Assembly (NCBI GenBank): GCA_041661505.1
Contig: JBAZUF010000002.1
Span: 140,201 to 204,200, forward strand
From: Patescibacteria group bacterium
GTDB taxonomy: Bacteria > Patescibacteriota > Patescibacteriia > Patescibacteriales > JBAZCA01
Reading direction: 5' to 3'
Length of the DNA: 64,000 bases
Notes under the pieces: model-generated
The model's input: the letters and a program-made list of their open reading frames with translations, nothing else
Told to the model about the DNA's origin: nothing
Database searches by the model: none
Translations under genes and position numbers: made by a program
Shown here: positions 63,265 through 64,000 of the stretch, one piece after another
How the letters are laid out: each line of letters starts with the position of its first letter
Numbering within the stretch: the first letter of the stretch is position 1

Positions 63265-63969
63265 ATGCACAAAATCGTAATAAAAATAAGGCGGGAGTTA
63301 AAAAGGAGCGCTGACGATAAAACTAAAGAAATTTTTCAGCGGTTTTTTAAGGAAAAAGTGACGTTCTACGGGGTAAGGGCGGGTGTTGTTTCAAAAATCG
63401 GGAAAGAGTATTTTACTGAAGTAAAGAAACTGGACAAGAAAAAAATGCAGGCGGTTTGTGAGGAGCTTTTCCGGTCCGGCATTTCCGAAGAAGCCTGGAT
63501 CGCCGCCAGCTTTGCCCATAAATACGATAATTTCGAGAAAGCGGACTTTTTGGTTTTTGAGCGCTGGATTGATAAATATATTGATAACTGGGCCAAGTGC
63601 GATACCTTTTGCAATCACGCGGTCGGAGAATTTATAGAAAAATACCCGGCCTATATTTCAAAGCTAAAAGTCTGGGCTAAGTCAAAAAACCTTTGGAAGC
63701 GGAGGGCCGCGGCCGTAACCTTAATAATACCGGCGAAAAGGGGAATGTTCTTAGCGGATATTTTTAAGATTGCCGATATCCTATTACAGGATAAAGAAGA
63801 CATGGTGCAAAAAGGGTATGGCTGGATGCTAAAAGAAGCCAGCCGCAAGCATGAGCGGGAAGTCTTTAATTATGTTCTGAAAAATAAAAAAGTTATGCCC
63901 CGGACAGCCTTGCGCTACGCCATTGAAAAGATGCCTCTTAATCTTAAAAAGCGGGCTATGGCAAAATAA
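63265..63969 (+). CDS. DNA alkylation repair protein (AlkD-like HEAT-repeat family)
   Basis: 234 aa, all-helical. NLWKRRAAAVTLI, VQKGYGWMLKEASRKH and PRTALRYAIEKMP fit the DNA_alkylation family. Confidence 0.75.
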   Translation: MHKIVIKIRRELKRSADDKTKEIFQRFFKEKVTFYGVRAGVVSKIGKEYFTEVKKLDKKKMQAVCEELFRSGISEEAWIAASFAHKYDNFEKADFLVFERWIDKYIDNWAKCDTFCNHAVGEFIEKYPAYISKLKVWAKSKNLWKRRAAAVTLIIPAKRGMFLADIFKIADILLQDKEDMVQKGYGWMLKEASRKHEREVFNYVLKNKKVMPRTALRYAIEKMPLNLKKRAMAK

Positions 63970-64000
63970 TTTGTATAAAATTTTGAGATATATAAAATTT

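Noticed and set aside
1-64000. CRISPR arrays, transposases, integrases, reverse transcriptases (retron/DGR), rRNA genes, and alternative genetic codes (UGA recoding).
   Set aside because: No regularly spaced direct repeats were found. No ORF had recombinase or RT motifs, and no rRNA-like sequence was seen. All recognised genes are intact under the standard code with TAA, TAG or TGA stops.

Overview
The window reads as a compact, gene-dense bacterial chromosome segment under the standard genetic code. GC looks low-to-mid 40s by eye (not computed). The gene content resembles a reduced-genome CPR/Patescibacteria-type organism; this placement is inference only and no taxonomy search was possible. 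All family calls come from motifs I recognise in the translated ORFs, not from database searches.

Housekeeping genes dominate:
- Translation: argS, tyrS, efp, rpsF-ssb-rpsR, rpsP-KH-trmD, rbfA, tsaE.
- DNA metabolism: recA, a ComM-like ATPase, an SMC-like protein, rnhB, yraN.
- Fe-S assembly: Rrf2 regulator, cysteine desulfurase, IscU-like scaffold.
- Copper handling: an HMA/TauE/cupredoxin fusion, a small HMA protein, and the CopA P-type ATPase.
- Polyamines: a complete agmatine-to-spermidine route (aguA, aguB, CANSDH, nspC).
- Cell wall: LysM-M23 peptidase, SpoIID, 3D-domain protein.
- Envelope: large secreted surface proteins.
- RNA genes: four tRNAs (Ala-UGC, Lys-CUU, Cys-GCA, Ser-CGA).

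No CRISPR array, integrase, transposase or rRNA was seen.

Candidates for something new, in order of interest:
1. A three-gene operon at 17430-19369, bounded by terminators and translationally coupled. It encodes an apparently orphan long-form HisG (ATP phosphoribosyltransferase) homologue with a Cys-rich tail, plus two unknown proteins.
2. An AT-rich island directly after tRNA-Ser (58833-62763). It carries a HEPN-like protein, a protein anchored by a TM helix at each end, a CxxC protein and a convergent type II R-M pair.
3. A stand-alone RNA polymerase alpha-CTD-like mini-protein with an unknown partner (11885-12590).
4. About 1 kb of non-coding DNA (22814-23814) with iteron-like repeats, a perfect 22-bp inverted repeat, a consensus DnaA box and orphan terminators.
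5. A duplicated twin-hairpin leader in front of both rpsF and ssb.
6. An SMC-like protein with no recognisable hinge.
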